Positions 54,343 to 54,782 of a stretch of 54,782 nucleotides of DNA are shown one piece after another (the stretch's first letter is position 1; each line of letters starts with the position of its first letter). A program made the translations under genes and the position numbers. The notes under the pieces are model-generated. The model did no database searches and was not told the DNA's origin. It worked only from the letters and a program-made list of their open reading frames with translations. The DNA comes from an archaeon (GTDB taxonomy: Archaea > Nanobdellota > Nanobdellia > Parvarchaeales > Parvarchaeaceae): assembly GCA_037443005.1 (NCBI GenBank), contig JBBIPE010000003.1, positions 1 through 54,782 of the forward strand. The letters run 5' to 3'.

Positions 54343-54782
54343 ATGAATCTGTTGTTAATTTTATTGATAGTGATAATAATAATTCTGGTTATTATGATAA
54401 GTTTACTTATGTTAATTCTAATATCAATGATAGCAACTGCTTTAATAATCAAGTTTTTTCCGGAGTATCTAAAAGGCAAGTTTAATAATAAAAAACCAAC
54501 AGTGCTGATTTTAGTTTGTATACGTGAAAAATCAGGGTTGAAAAGTATATACGATAATATATTATATTATGGGAGTGGAATAGCTATTTTAATTACAATT
54601 TTAAGATTCAAGAAAGCAAATTATGAAACCGTATTTGTTGAGACAAAGCATGCATTTAAGAAGACATTATTAACCAGAGAATTTAGTACAGTTTTTATAT
54701 TTGGTCATGGAAGAGAATATGGTGTAATCCTAACAGATGGAATATACAGATACAAAAATATAGTAAAAAAGATCGGAAGAGC
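54343..54782 (+). CDS. partial CDS: membrane-anchored protein with an FGHG motif (runs off the window)
   Basis: ATG at 54343. A long hydrophobic N-terminus precedes KPTVLILVCIREK...FSTVFIFGHGREYGVILTDG, and the frame stays open to the window end. Confidence 0.45.
   Translation, partial: MNLLLILLIVIIIILVIMISLLMLILISMIATALIIKFFPEYLKGKFNNKKPTVLILVCIREKSGLKSIYDNILYYGSGIAILITILRFKKANYETVFVETKHAFKKTLLTREFSTVFIFGHGREYGVILTDGIYRYKNIVKKIGR

Noticed and set aside
1-54782. CRISPR arrays
   Set aside because: I found no series of 25-40-bp direct repeats with unique spacers anywhere in the window. The only short tandem periodicity is the 11-bp array inside the module.

Overview
The window is a visibly AT-rich archaeal chromosomal segment. 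The archaeal assignment rests on topoisomerase VI A/B, MCM, Elp3, aIF1A and aIF2-beta, RNA polymerase subunit D, pelota, the archaeal/eukaryal r-proteins L7Ae, L24e, L31e, L39e, S19e and S28e, and an intron-containing tRNA-Tyr. A stand-alone 5S rRNA gene, a UbiE/MenG-type methyltransferase and DUF2341-like and pilin-like secreted proteins make a Thermoplasmata-like host plausible, but that is inference only.

I could support about 85 features:
- about 70 CDS, including four short genes missing from the ORF track: L39e, L24e, a histone-fold-like protein and a 42-aa acidic peptide
- seven tRNAs: Arg-CCT, Ala-CGC, Glu-CTC, Ser-GCT, Tyr-GTA with an intron, Gln-CTG
- RNase P RNA, SRP (7S) RNA and 5S rRNA
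- an internally deleted IS200/IS605 (tnpB) relic

Most of the window is core informational and housekeeping DNA. Three patches look accessory: about 700-4967, 23026-25059 and 49866 to the window end.

The most interesting signal is a ~210-bp non-coding module present three times (2417-2626, 23034-23258, 49873-50088). Two copies begin within about 8 nt of the 3' end of a tRNA gene (Glu, Gln), and all three border accessory-looking DNA. Each copy carries five GGGAGT-type units with identical 11-11-11-10 bp phasing. I cannot assign the module to any element class I know. It could be an integrase or Rep arm-site (iteron) array marking a family of tRNA-targeting integrative elements, or a promoter-bearing ncRNA.

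The tRNA-Gln island carries a fused type IIG restriction-modification enzyme plus decayed fragments. No CRISPR array was seen. All coordinates for RNAs and repeats were derived by eye and are approximate to a few nt. No database search or folding computation was possible.
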